Virus record (IMG/VR): IMGVR_UViG_3300045988_042432
Length of the DNA: 64,000 bases
Strand: one strand, 5' to 3'
Source: a virus
Shown here: positions 24,306-33,976 of the stretch, piece after piece
How positions within the stretch are numbered: the first letter of the stretch is position 1
Layout of the letters: each line of letters starts with the position of its first letter
Notes under the pieces: generated by a model
Told to the model about the DNA's origin: nothing
What the model saw: the letters and a program-made list of their open reading frames with translations, nothing else
Databases searched by the model: none
Position numbers and translations under genes: made by a program

Positions 24306-24862
24306 TAGTTAAAATGCTGTTAACTTTGGACTTTGACCCAGCTACTGGAGAGTATAAATCTCTAAAGCAGGAAATTGTCAAAGAAGAAGTAAAGACTAGA
24401 ACAGTCAAGGAAGAGGTTCCAGAGACATCTGAACCGCAAGTTACCCTAGACCCTAACAAGTACATACTTAATAAAGCAGCTGCCCAATTAATGGGAGTTG
24501 CTTGGGAAGATAGACTTAGTATTAAATATCAGAAAATTGACGGAATCACTTTCCCCGTTATAGGAACTGATGAAGCCTTTGGAACCAAAGGTGGAAACAA
24601 ACTTACTAAGAGTCTGTCTGTCAGCTGTAGAGGTAAAGCTAATGACATGCTACGTCAGTATGGAGATACATTTACAGTAACTACGATGAAAGGTCAAGAC
24701 GACCTCTTCGTATTAGTTGGTAATGCTGAAAGGCCGGAAGAGCCTGAAGTAGATAACATAGAGGTATTAGAAGATGAAAGCGACAACATTGATTTGCCGT
24801 TAGACACAGAGATTGGAGATGAGTCAGCTAAAGAGATTGACCCATTAACTTTTGAACTTTAA
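24302..24862 (+). CDS. hypothetical acidic protein
   Basis: 186-aa ORF with an acidic C-terminal third. Confidence 0.65.
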   Translation: MIVKMLLTLDFDPATGEYKSLKQEIVKEEVKTRTVKEEVPETSEPQVTLDPNKYILNKAAAQLMGVAWEDRLSIKYQKIDGITFPVIGTDEAFGTKGGNKLTKSLSVSCRGKANDMLRQYGDTFTVTTMKGQDDLFVLVGNAERPEEPEVDNIEVLEDESDNIDLPLDTEIGDESAKEIDPLTFEL

Positions 24863-24874
24863 TACTTATAAACT

Positions 24875-25558
24875 ATGTCAATGAATTTCAACTTAACAAA
24901 CACGAACGGTACATCATCTATTAAACCAAGACTGAAACCATGGGAAATCCACGATGTTATCTTCAAGGGAATAACATTCAATGAGTTTAAGGGTAAGAAA
25001 GACCCTGACGCAGTGTACAAAACCATGAGAATTTCATTCGAGAATGAGAATGGTGTTTATGAAGAAACAGTATTCTGTCCTAAAGAGGGAGATGATGTAA
25101 GACAAGTAAGCTCTAACAATGGAGTTGAACGTGAAAGTCCGTCCAACTTTGAGAAGTTTAAATTTATGTTAGCTCATATTGGAGAACAACTTGCTCCTAA
25201 GAAATATGAAGCATTTAAAACTAAAACTTTTGCCCTTCCGGAAGAGTTTGAGAAATTGGTAAAGACATTTGCCGACATCACTAAGGATGCAGTTAATAAG
25301 CATACTAATCTGAAGCTGATTGCTAATAAGAAAGGCGAACCTTGTCTGCCTTATTTCGTCAATATCAGTAAAGCAGGTGATGCATATATCTCTAACAACT
25401 GGTTAGGAGACAAAGTATTCTTCTCTGACTATGAAATCAGTCAGATGAATAAACAGAAGAGTAACGGCCCTACTGATATGCCTGGTACAAGTTCTGACGA
25501 TTTTGCAGCATCTAATGATGCAGCCACAGATAACGCAGACCTTGACTTTGAAGTGTAA
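24875..25558 (+). CDS. putative single-stranded DNA-binding protein
   Basis: Sits between the ATPase and the primase. Acidic C-terminal tail ending DNADLDFEV, as in SSB/gp2.5-type proteins. Confidence 0.4.
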   Translation: MSMNFNLTNTNGTSSIKPRLKPWEIHDVIFKGITFNEFKGKKDPDAVYKTMRISFENENGVYEETVFCPKEGDDVRQVSSNNGVERESPSNFEKFKFMLAHIGEQLAPKKYEAFKTKTFALPEEFEKLVKTFADITKDAVNKHTNLKLIANKKGEPCLPYFVNISKAGDAYISNNWLGDKVFFSDYEISQMNKQKSNGPTDMPGTSSDDFAASNDAATDNADLDFEV

Positions 25559-25577
25559 TAATTAATTAGTAAATTTG
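25547..25577 (+). promoter_or_regulatory. Bacteroidota-type promoter TTTG-N19-TAAATTTG
   Basis: -33 TTTG at 25547-25550 and -7 TAAATTTG at 25570-25577, upstream of the primase ATG at 25606. Confidence 0.5.
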
Positions 25578-25605
25578 AGGTTCAAACATTAAACATTGAA
25601 ATAAT

Positions 25606-26610
25606 ATGGTATTGGAATATGAACCTAAAATTACTAAGAAGTATTTACTTGAAAGGCAGACTCAGGAAACTTATCTTGAGTACTATCTAGGAATCCCAGT
25701 TAAGAAAGGGTTGTTTAAATCTCCGTTGAGAAATGATAATTCTCCTACGTGTTCCTTTTATAGGAATGCGTCTGGAGACATCATATTCAATGACTTCAGC
25801 GGACAGTTCTATGGTAATTTCATTAGTGTGGTTATGTATAAGTATAGTTGTACTTATTATAAGGCATTGCAAATAATTGCTAACGACTTTGGCTATATAA
25901 CTCATAAAACGTTACCTAAGAACAATAAGCCTGTAGTCGCAAGTAAGTCTGAATTTAAGGACGATGGACCTGCGATTATAAGAGCTGATGTACAAGAGTT
26001 CACTGAATCTGAACTACAGTGGTGGGCACAATATGGCATTACTAAGGAGATTCTGAAGAGATTCAGAGTCTATTCTTGCAAGGCTGTCTATTTAAATGGC
26101 AGTTATTATGCCACTACTGGTCCACAGAATCCCATGTTTGGCTATTATCGTGGTAAGAACGATAAAGGGGTTGAGTTATGGAGAATCTACTTTCCATTTA
26201 GAGAAAGAGGAACTACACGGTTTCTATCTAACTGGAAGTCTATCATGTTACAGGGAGCACATCAGCTTCCGGCAGAAGGCGATTTGTTAGTAGTTACTAA
26301 GAGTATGAAAGACGTTATGTGTCTATATTCTTTAGGAATTACTGCAATAGCTCCTAATTCAGAGAATTTATTCTTAACTGAATCTCAATTCGAGAAGTTG
26401 AGTAAAAGATTTAAGAAGATAGTTGTATTCTATGATAACGACTTGCCTGGCATTCATAACATGAACCAGATAAGAAAGAAGTTTAACATAGACTGCATCT
26501 TCATTCCTAGGTCTTATGGAGCTAAAGATATATCTGACTTTCATGCTAAATATGGTAGAGAGAAGACACTTAATTTAATTGAAAGGGCATGGAGAACACT
26601 GAAGAAGTAA
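25606..26610 (+). CDS. DNA primase (Toprim domain)
   Basis: Zn-binding-like SPLRNDNSPTCSFY and Toprim LLVVTKSMKDVM...VVFYDNDLPG. Confidence 0.8.
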   Translation: MVLEYEPKITKKYLLERQTQETYLEYYLGIPVKKGLFKSPLRNDNSPTCSFYRNASGDIIFNDFSGQFYGNFISVVMYKYSCTYYKALQIIANDFGYITHKTLPKNNKPVVASKSEFKDDGPAIIRADVQEFTESELQWWAQYGITKEILKRFRVYSCKAVYLNGSYYATTGPQNPMFGYYRGKNDKGVELWRIYFPFRERGTTRFLSNWKSIMLQGAHQLPAEGDLLVVTKSMKDVMCLYSLGITAIAPNSENLFLTESQFEKLSKRFKKIVVFYDNDLPGIHNMNQIRKKFNIDCIFIPRSYGAKDISDFHAKYGREKTLNLIERAWRTLKK

Positions 26611-26984
26611 AACCGAAGAAGAAACGTAACGGTGCATATGCTAAACGTAAAGGTAATAATTATGAACTTAAGATTATTAAGGAATTGATAGGACTTGGTT
26701 ATAAAGGCCTAAAGTCATCTCGTAGTGAGTCCAAGAATCTGGACGATGCTAAAATTGACATAGCTGAAACCGAGGACAAATTGCCATGTTACGTACAATG
26801 TAAATGTACTAAGAACACACCGTCTATTGCTGAAATTATCAAAACATGTGGTCGTAAAGATAGACCCTTAGTAATAATCTGGAACAAGCAGATTGACAAG
26901 GGAGTAAACATGGGCTCTGACGGAGAATACGTTATGATGAGTAAAGATTTCTTTTATGAACTTATTAAGAAGGCTACGGAGTAA
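26589..26984 (+). CDS. PD-(D/E)XK nuclease, Holliday-junction-resolvase-like
   Basis: RKGNNYELKIIKEL...DDAKIDIAE...YVQCK fits an E...D...(E/Q)xK core. Confidence 0.5.
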   Translation: MENTEEVKPKKKRNGAYAKRKGNNYELKIIKELIGLGYKGLKSSRSESKNLDDAKIDIAETEDKLPCYVQCKCTKNTPSIAEIIKTCGRKDRPLVIIWNKQIDKGVNMGSDGEYVMMSKDFFYELIKKATE

Positions 26985-27095
26985 TCTGTGGCTTTCTTTG
27001 TTTAGTAATGCTTGATTAGAATATCCTATGGCAAATTTGATATATTCACATCTTGACTTACTAAATCTTGAATCATTTAATTATTATATCTGCTG

Positions 27096-27317
27096 ATGAA
27101 CACTTATATTCTGCCTTGTTATAGTCTGGACGACGGTGATTTATGGCTAGAGAAGGTAAGAGCTAGAAGCTTTACAGAAGCTGAGGATAAGTTTATTGAC
27201 TTATTCATTACAGATTATGACATAGACCCTCCAGGTGATTATGATGAACTGGCAGGTACTATGGCTAAAGACAAAGAGATAATTATTGGTGACATATACG
27301 ATATAGAAGAGTTCTAG
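27096..27317 (+). CDS. small acidic hypothetical protein
   Basis: 73-aa ORF. Confidence 0.55.
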   Translation: MNTYILPCYSLDDGDLWLEKVRARSFTEAEDKFIDLFITDYDIDPPGDYDELAGTMAKDKEIIIGDIYDIEEF

Positions 27318-27336
27318 TCGTACAAGATGACAATGA

Positions 27337-27840
27337 ATGTTTAGAATAGGTTTAGATATTGACGATTGTCTAGCTGACTTTTGGGGTGCTTACTGTGAGT
27401 ACTTCGATACAGCTAGTAATCCACGTATGCTTGAAGATAGCATGATTACTAGGAATGTACAACGTATTCTTAGTAAGGACAGAGACTTCTGGTTAAATCT
27501 CAAAGTAGTTAACAGACCTGATTTTGTTCCGGAATTATATTGCACTAAACGTGTAAACAATAAAACTTGGACTAAAGAATGGCTAAGACGAAATGGATTC
27601 CCAGATAGACCAGTCTATCAAATGTATTACCAACACGGTAATAAGGCTGATATGATTAAAGGTAAAGTGGATGTCTTTATTGACGATTCTTTAAGTAACG
27701 TACTAAAATGTCAACGTTCTGGACTGCCTGCATTATTAATGCATACAGAAAGGACTATTGACTTTCCTATGTTTAAAGTATTCTCCTTATGTAAAGATGA
27801 GATTATAGATGCTTATCAATTCATGAGGAGTTATGCTTAA
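27337..27840 (+). CDS. 5'(3')-deoxyribonucleotidase (HAD family)
   Basis: N-terminal GLDIDDCLADF DxD motif, typical of the NT5C family. Conserved VFIDD near the C-terminus. Confidence 0.7.
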   Translation: MFRIGLDIDDCLADFWGAYCEYFDTASNPRMLEDSMITRNVQRILSKDRDFWLNLKVVNRPDFVPELYCTKRVNNKTWTKEWLRRNGFPDRPVYQMYYQHGNKADMIKGKVDVFIDDSLSNVLKCQRSGLPALLMHTERTIDFPMFKVFSLCKDEIIDAYQFMRSYA

Positions 27841-28870
27841 AGACATTAAAATTACACCACTAATTGAAACTATCAAGTTCCTTGAGATAAGTGATGAGGA
27901 GTATTTCAGTGAAGCTTATTCTGATTACATTAGTAATTCTAGATTGAAGCTTATAAACCCAGAACAAGGAGGTAGCCCAGAAGCTTATTTAGCAGGACTG
28001 GGTGCTGATGGAAGATACTCCGATTCGCTGTACTTTGGTTCGGCAGTACATGAACTAGTACTGCAACCAGAGTCTTTTATTCTTGTAGAGTCTGTAGATA
28101 GACCAACAGCTAAAGCCGGATTCATGGCTGATGAGCTGTATCCTTTATTTATAGCTAATGGTGTTGTTACTAAGGATGAGATAGTAGTAGCGTCTGACAA
28201 GATTAGCTATTATAAAGGTAAAATGGATGAAGACAAAATGGATGCTCTGCGCATAAAATGCGAGAACTATTATGCTCAACGCACAGCTTATGAGTGGGGC
28301 AGCAAATATGTTGCAGATAAGGTTCCAATTTATCTTGATGCTAAATCTAGAGACAAACTACGAGAATGTATTGTATCAGTTGAATGTAATCCACAAATAC
28401 AATCCTTATTGAATCCAGACTATTTATTAGAGAAGCCAATCTCCAAGAATGAGTCTGTACTATTAATAGATGTGCTTGTTGAGCATAATGGTCTTAGTAA
28501 GGTTCTCAAACTAAAAGCTAAGTTGGATAATTTTACATACAGTCCAGAGTCGAATGAATTAGTTCTCAATGACTTGAAGACTAGTGGACATTATCTCACT
28601 AAGTTTCATGAGAGCTTTGATAAGTATCACTATGCTAGGCAAATGGCTATGTATATGTGGATGCTGAAATTGTACATAGAGAATGAATATAAGGCAAAGC
28701 CCACACTTAAGGCTAATATGTTAGTGGTATCAACAGTTCCGGATTTTAGGTCTGGAGTGTTTCCTGTTAATAATGGTCATATGTTGTCGGGTTTTACTGA
28801 ATTTACTACATTGTTGAGGCGTGTAGCATATTACGAGCTTTATGGATACGATGCTGATGGAATACTATGA
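27833..28870 (+). CDS. PD-(D/E)XK exonuclease (RecB/Cas4-fold)
   Basis: LNDLKTSG...YHYARQMAMYMWM matches the D-x-K-T / Q..Y signature of phage PDDEXK exonucleases. Confidence 0.6.
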   Translation: MLKDIKITPLIETIKFLEISDEEYFSEAYSDYISNSRLKLINPEQGGSPEAYLAGLGADGRYSDSLYFGSAVHELVLQPESFILVESVDRPTAKAGFMADELYPLFIANGVVTKDEIVVASDKISYYKGKMDEDKMDALRIKCENYYAQRTAYEWGSKYVADKVPIYLDAKSRDKLRECIVSVECNPQIQSLLNPDYLLEKPISKNESVLLIDVLVEHNGLSKVLKLKAKLDNFTYSPESNELVLNDLKTSGHYLTKFHESFDKYHYARQMAMYMWMLKLYIENEYKAKPTLKANMLVVSTVPDFRSGVFPVNNGHMLSGFTEFTTLLRRVAYYELYGYDADGIL

Positions 28871-29234
28871 GCCTACTATGAATGATTTGAAGGAATATTA
28901 CAAGCAGTACTTCAGTTTAGGATGTCTGGCCTGTGATATAGGAACTAAGTTTGCTTTAATATCACTAATATGCTTTCTTACTAAGCAAGCTAGGAACAAA
29001 ACTCCTAACGCAACTACTTGGCAAGTAATCCAGAAGATTAGACAGGGCAAAGAAAGTCATAATTCGGAGGGTCTTCTTAAAGGTCTCGCAGTTATATGTG
29101 ATGATTTTATGAGAAACACTACCGAGTTCTTGACATTTGATTTAAAATCGGCTAAAGATATGGTTGCTAAGATTAATGAAATTCTTGATAAAGAGCTTCC
29201 TTGGGAACCTACTACGCCAGAAACGCCATTTTAA
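28842..29234 (+). CDS. hypothetical protein
   Basis: 130-aa ORF. Confidence 0.6.
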   Translation: MDTMLMEYYEPTMNDLKEYYKQYFSLGCLACDIGTKFALISLICFLTKQARNKTPNATTWQVIQKIRQGKESHNSEGLLKGLAVICDDFMRNTTEFLTFDLKSAKDMVAKINEILDKELPWEPTTPETPF

Positions 29235-29236
29235 TT

Positions 29237-29458
29237 ATGGTACATGACAGATATTTGAATAACATGGCTATAATTCATAGTTTGGAAGTATTAGCCAGGA
29301 AACATCCCGATATGCGTTTCCACCAGCTGTTATGGGCAGCAGGATTAATAGAAAAACGCTCTGACAAAATCGTGGACAAGTTCTACGAGGAAAGTCGAGA
29401 CACATGGGAGCAAATGACTAAAAATGAATTTTGCTTTCCGCCAAACGATAATAGTTAA
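29237..29458 (+). CDS. hypothetical protein
   Basis: ATG at 29237 follows the upstream stop at 29234. Confidence 0.55.
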   Translation: MVHDRYLNNMAIIHSLEVLARKHPDMRFHQLLWAAGLIEKRSDKIVDKFYEESRDTWEQMTKNEFCFPPNDNS

Positions 29459-29491
29459 ATCTTATTAACTCACTAATTGTTGGCAATTTAC

Positions 29492-29522
29492 TTGTGTAGT
29501 TACAAGAAATGTAGTATCTTTG
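29492..29522 (+). promoter_or_regulatory. Bacteroidota-type promoter TTG-N20-TATCTTTG
   Basis: -7 box at 29515-29522. The 18 nt GAAATGTAGTATCTTTGT are shared with 36571-36588. Confidence 0.6.
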
Positions 29523-29590
29523 TAACGCTTTCCTCTCGAAGGAGAGTCAGATTAATAGAATTAAATTTAGATTATTTTGCATTAGAACTG

Positions 29591-29622
29591 TTTGGTAGTT
29601 TACTATTAAAGCAGTACCTTTG
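29591..29622 (+). promoter_or_regulatory. Bacteroidota-type promoter TTTG-N20-TACCTTTG
   Basis: -33 at 29591-29594 and -7 at 29615-29622. Second tandem promoter for the gene at 29678. Confidence 0.55.
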
Positions 29623-29677
29623 TAATACAATAACAAAGAGATATGACAATGAACTAATGTTTAAATTCCAATTAATT

Positions 29678-30214
29678 ATGACAAACCAAGTAAATTTTAA
29701 GAACGTAGAAGTAAAAGGTTATACTAAACAAGAAGCAATCGCACAAGCACCTTTCCAAGTAATTCGTGATGCAACTCAGGCATGGAAGACAGCTGGTAAA
29801 CCTATTTCAGAGAAAGCTTTGAAGGAATTTGAAGCAGAGTATCTGGCTAAGCATACTAAGTTTGCTGCTGGCATCGGATGTTCTATCACATTTGAAGCAG
29901 GTTCTGCTGATACTCGTGAACGTCCTTATACTATGCGTGACATCAAGAACGAGAAAGGTAAACGTAAATACAAAACTGGCTATCAGGGAATCAATCCTGC
30001 AACTGGTGAAGTATTGTTCTTGAACTTTGAAACTAAAACTAAAGCCAAAGAAATCGCTAAGGAACTTTACACTAAGAAAGGTTATACTGGCGATATCTAT
30101 TGCAAGTACATCAAGGCTGTAGTTGAAGGCGAAGACGGTGCTTTTGAAGTAAAACACACTCCGTCAAAATCAGCTAAGATGGGTACATATATTTGCTTTG
30201 GGGTCGAGGGCTAA
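29678..30214 (+). CDS. hypothetical protein in a self-contained, probably highly expressed unit
   Basis: ATG at 29678. Two upstream promoters and a strong downstream terminator. K-rich 178-aa product. Confidence 0.7.
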   Translation: MTNQVNFKNVEVKGYTKQEAIAQAPFQVIRDATQAWKTAGKPISEKALKEFEAEYLAKHTKFAAGIGCSITFEAGSADTRERPYTMRDIKNEKGKRKYKTGYQGINPATGEVLFLNFETKTKAKEIAKELYTKKGYTGDIYCKYIKAVVEGEDGAFEVKHTPSKSAKMGTYICFGVEG

Positions 30215-30241
30215 GCCAACTTCTACTGACCTTAAATATCA

Positions 30242-30286
30242 AAGGGATTATCTTATGTGAATAAGGTAGTCCCTTTTCTTTTTATT
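30242..30286 (+). terminator. rho-independent terminator
   Basis: 14-bp stem 30242-30255/30262-30275, 6-nt loop, then TTCTTTTTATT. Confidence 0.8.
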
Positions 30287-30356
30287 CAGATGTGCATAAC
30301 TAAAAGAGATTAGATTTTATATAAGCGCCGAAAGGTTATCTAATTTTAACTCAGAA

Positions 30357-31931
30357 ATGAGAGAAACAACAATTATCAAGCTAATCAATCACTTACAAGA
30401 AGTTTTAAAACAGAACATTAGTTTAAATGCATATGCAGAACAAGTAGGTCTTCCACAGAATTACTTCTGGGTAAAGAAACAGGTAGTAAACAAAGATATA
30501 GCTGATGGCAGTATCGACAAGGAATCCTACGACATAATAATGAGTCTGTATGACAAGGTTAGCAAGAGAGGTATTATACGTCGTTCTAAATTGGAAGAAG
30601 TGACATCTTCTGAAGAGGAGGAAACTAGTACTGGCAAGATTACATTGGTCAGAAATGATGAAGGTAAGATTGTTAAGTATCAATTCACTATTCCGCTAAG
30701 AGACAAAGCACCATTTACTGGCAGTCTTACTAGGGATGAAATGAATATGATTCATAGACTTTACTCTTATTATGGTTCATCCATAACACAAAGAGAAGTA
30801 AGTCGTAGCTTCCCTGAATATTCTCTAGAGGAGTTTAAGAAGATTCTCAAAGTCTTCAATATTACTAAAGCCGCAGCACCATTTGCTCCTCATGTTATTG
30901 AGGAGAATACTATTGACGAGCTTAAAGATATGCAACTAAGGGAGAAGGAGAATGACTTCCTAAGGGGCATAGAAGCAGAACGCATCAAGAATAACGAGCG
31001 ACTACTTAAGAAGTATGCCATGGAGAATGCCGAACTGAAAGCTAAAATAGCTGACGGCAAAGCTCTTATAGAAGGGCTAGACTTCAATAATCTGTATGAC
31101 TGGGGACGTATGCCGACAATTTCTAACGGCAAAGACCTAATCATATGGTTGTCTGATATTCATACTGGAGCCACAGTGTCTCCTCTATCTATTTATCAGA
31201 ATCCTTATAACGAAGAAGAAATGAAGAAGAGATTTGACATGATTATAAAGAGAGTATATACTGAAGCTTATTACATTGGTGGTGGGTTTGAGAATATAGT
31301 TATCTGCAATCTTGGAGATTCTCTTGACGGATATAATGGACAAACTACAAGAGGTGGTCATGAACTGGCTCAAAACATGAGCAATAAGGAGCAATTGCAA
31401 ACTTATATTAAGTTAATGACTAGCTTTGTTAAATCTCTGATAGAGAATGTAAAGCATACCAATATGTATTATTATTGTGTTGGCGAGTCTAATCATGATG
31501 GTGATTTTGGTTATGCTGCTAACTTGGCATTAGCTGCTGTATTAGAACAGTTTGATGTTAAATGTCAAGTATTTGACAAGTTCATAGGAGAGTTTACTCT
31601 TAATGAAACTACCTATGTAATGTGTCATGGTAAAGATAATAAAGACATGTTCAAGAATCTACCATTAACTCTTGACGTGAAGACAGAGAATTTCATCAAT
31701 GAATATTTGGACAATAAGGGCATCACTGGTAATGTAGTCTTTGTAAAAGGAGATTTACATCAGTCAGCCACTACTTATGGTAGAAGATTTACCTATAAGT
31801 CAGTTGGTTCATTATTTGGAAGTTCCGAATGGATTCACAAGAATTTTGGAAATACATGTTGGAGCTGTGACTATTCTATTGTCGACGAAGCTGGTAATAG
31901 ATTAGATGGATTAATCACAGCTAAGTCCTAA
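30357..31931 (+). CDS. calcineurin-like metallophosphoesterase-domain protein with N-terminal extension
   Basis: LSDIHTG, NLGDSLDG, GESNHD, CHGKD and GDLHQ are the ordered MPP motifs in the C-terminal half. Confidence 0.65.
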   Translation: MRETTIIKLINHLQEVLKQNISLNAYAEQVGLPQNYFWVKKQVVNKDIADGSIDKESYDIIMSLYDKVSKRGIIRRSKLEEVTSSEEEETSTGKITLVRNDEGKIVKYQFTIPLRDKAPFTGSLTRDEMNMIHRLYSYYGSSITQREVSRSFPEYSLEEFKKILKVFNITKAAAPFAPHVIEENTIDELKDMQLREKENDFLRGIEAERIKNNERLLKKYAMENAELKAKIADGKALIEGLDFNNLYDWGRMPTISNGKDLIIWLSDIHTGATVSPLSIYQNPYNEEEMKKRFDMIIKRVYTEAYYIGGGFENIVICNLGDSLDGYNGQTTRGGHELAQNMSNKEQLQTYIKLMTSFVKSLIENVKHTNMYYYCVGESNHDGDFGYAANLALAAVLEQFDVKCQVFDKFIGEFTLNETTYVMCHGKDNKDMFKNLPLTLDVKTENFINEYLDNKGITGNVVFVKGDLHQSATTYGRRFTYKSVGSLFGSSEWIHKNFGNTCWSCDYSIVDEAGNRLDGLITAKS

Positions 31932-31962
31932 GTTAGAAATTCTATAATTCCATACAAATAGT

Positions 31963-31993
31963 TTTGATTCGTCCATATTGTTTAGTAACTTTG
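31963..31993 (+). promoter_or_regulatory. Bacteroidota-type promoter TTTG-N19-TAACTTTG
   Basis: -33 at 31963-31966 and -7 at 31986-31993, upstream of the GIY-YIG gene. Confidence 0.55.
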
Positions 31994-32011
31994 TCAAAAA
32001 GTTATTAATAT

Positions 32012-32791
32012 ATGGACGAACAAAATTTTAAATTTAATTATGTATTCCAGGGACAAGATTGTACCCTATCAACTGGAGTCTATAAGATTACTATCCAGAA
32101 TCATGTTTACATCGGTAGTGCAGCAATCTCTTTTAGAAAACGGTGGAGACAACACCAGTTAGACTTTATTAGAGATATACACCACTCTAGGTTCGCGCAG
32201 AACGCATTTAATAAATATGGCATTGCCACATTTGAGATAATGGAATTATGTCCTAGGGAACTATGCATAGAGAGGGAGCAATGGTGGATAGACACTTTGA
32301 AACCAGACCTGAATATTCAAAAGATTGCTGATAGTGCTTTAGGAGTCAAGAGGACTGAGGAAACTAAGCGGAAATGTAGAGAGGCTCACTTGGGAAAGAG
32401 GTTGTCTGAGGAAGCTATAGCTAAGAGAACAGCAAAGCAAGTTAAGACAATCTATCAATATGATTTAGATGGAAATCTAATCAAGGAATGGGATAGTGTT
32501 AAACAAGCTGGAGAAGCTCTTGGAATTAATAGACCTTCTATTAGTAACTGTTTAAAAGGTAGATACAAGTCTGCTGGGGGATTCATTTGGAGGTATTCTG
32601 TGGAAGAGGTTTCTCCTGTGAAGAAAACCAAGTCTATAGAACAATATGATTTGGATGGAAATTTAATTAAAGTATGGGACAGTATAAATTCTATTGAAAA
32701 TGGGACTGATTACAAAAGGAAGACAATTTATGCTTGTGCAAATGGTCAAAATAGTACAGCGTATGGATATGTATGGAAGTATTGTAGATAA
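32012..32791 (+). CDS. GIY-YIG homing endonuclease with two NUMOD/IENR1-like DNA-binding repeats
   Basis: GVYKITIQNHVYIGS...RWRQH...E core. Duplicated module YDLDGNLIK.WDS...(GG)FIWRY / GYVWKY. Confidence 0.85.
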   Translation: MDEQNFKFNYVFQGQDCTLSTGVYKITIQNHVYIGSAAISFRKRWRQHQLDFIRDIHHSRFAQNAFNKYGIATFEIMELCPRELCIEREQWWIDTLKPDLNIQKIADSALGVKRTEETKRKCREAHLGKRLSEEAIAKRTAKQVKTIYQYDLDGNLIKEWDSVKQAGEALGINRPSISNCLKGRYKSAGGFIWRYSVEEVSPVKKTKSIEQYDLDGNLIKVWDSINSIENGTDYKRKTIYACANGQNSTAYGYVWKYCR

Positions 32792-32797
32792 TAAACT

Positions 32798-33976
32798 ATG
32801 CTTAATGTCAGAATTATTACTATAATGCCTAAGAAACTTACTACTGAAGAATGGATTAATAAAGCTAGAATTAAACATGGAGATAAATATGATTATTCTA
32901 AATCTGTGTACACTGGAAGTAGAGATAGAATAATCATCACTTGTCCGAAACATGGCGACTTTACAGCTATATCCGGATTGCATATTTCTAGAGGGGATGG
33001 TTGTCCTGAGTGTGCTTCATTAGCTAAAAGTAGCAAGCTTTCATTATCTAATGAAGAATTTATTAACCGTTTACGTGACATGTTTGGGGATAATTATGAT
33101 TACTCTAAAGTCAAATATAATGGCACTAGAGGGTATGTTACCATAGTATGTCCTAAACATGGTGAATTTAAGGCCCGTGTTGGCACTCTATCGAGAGGTG
33201 TAGGATGTCTGAAATGTAAAGAGGAAGAAAGACTTAAAAAGTTTAATGACCTTTACATAAAGAAATTTAAGGAGTACTACCCAGATTTAGATTATAGTAA
33301 AACTGTATATACTGGGTGGGATACTAGAATAGTTATAACATGCCCCAAACACGGTGACTTTGAAGTCCTTCCTAACCACTTTCTTAGGTATAAAGGGTGT
33401 CCAAAATGCTCTGCTGAAAGTCATGCAAAGTATATGCAGAAGTCCTTAGATGACTTTCTAAAGGATGCCAGACGCATTCATGGCACACGTTATGATTATT
33501 CTAGAGTAGAGTACAACGATAGTCATACAAAGGTCTGTATTGTATGCCCTGAACATGGTGAATTTTGGCAGACTCCAAATAGCCATATACAAGGTAGTGG
33601 CTGCCCTAGCTGCTCAAGTTCAAAGGGCGAAGAAGAGGTATGTAACATTTTGTTAAGTAATGGAATTAAATTTATAAGGGAATACACTATCCAAGTGCCT
33701 AATGAGATTAACACCTCTGGACACGCTTATATTGATTTTTACTTACCAGAATATAATACCTTTGTGGAATATAATGGCATTCAACATTATAATCCTAAAA
33801 TGGCATTTGGCGGGTCTTTCAAATTTGAGCGACAACAAGCTCGTGACGAGTATGTTAGGCAATATTGTAAAGACAATAATATCAAATTAATAGAGATTCG
33901 TTATGATGAAGATGTGTGGGAAGTTTTGACCAGAGAACTTCTTGATAATCAAACAACAAACGAAGAATGCAAATAA
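32798..33976 (+). CDS. putative free-standing endonuclease: four Zn-ribbon repeats + PD-(D/E)XK (Vsr/DUF559-like) domain
   Basis: Four copies of ..YDYSK..Y.G....(I/V).CPKHG(D/E)F......GCP.C, then GHAYIDFYLPEYNTFVEYNGIQHY. Confidence 0.6.
   Translation: MLNVRIITIMPKKLTTEEWINKARIKHGDKYDYSKSVYTGSRDRIIITCPKHGDFTAISGLHISRGDGCPECASLAKSSKLSLSNEEFINRLRDMFGDNYDYSKVKYNGTRGYVTIVCPKHGEFKARVGTLSRGVGCLKCKEEERLKKFNDLYIKKFKEYYPDLDYSKTVYTGWDTRIVITCPKHGDFEVLPNHFLRYKGCPKCSAESHAKYMQKSLDDFLKDARRIHGTRYDYSRVEYNDSHTKVCIVCPEHGEFWQTPNSHIQGSGCPSCSSSKGEEEVCNILLSNGIKFIREYTIQVPNEINTSGHAYIDFYLPEYNTFVEYNGIQHYNPKMAFGGSFKFERQQARDEYVRQYCKDNNIKLIEIRYDEDVWEVLTRELLDNQTTNEECK

Noticed and set aside
26985-27095. Intergenic region with ATCTTGA direct repeats (27047-27053, 27066-27072), considered as a replication origin or iteron cluster.
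   Set aside because: There are only two short copies, with no AT-rich unwinding element or further repeats. The evidence is insufficient.
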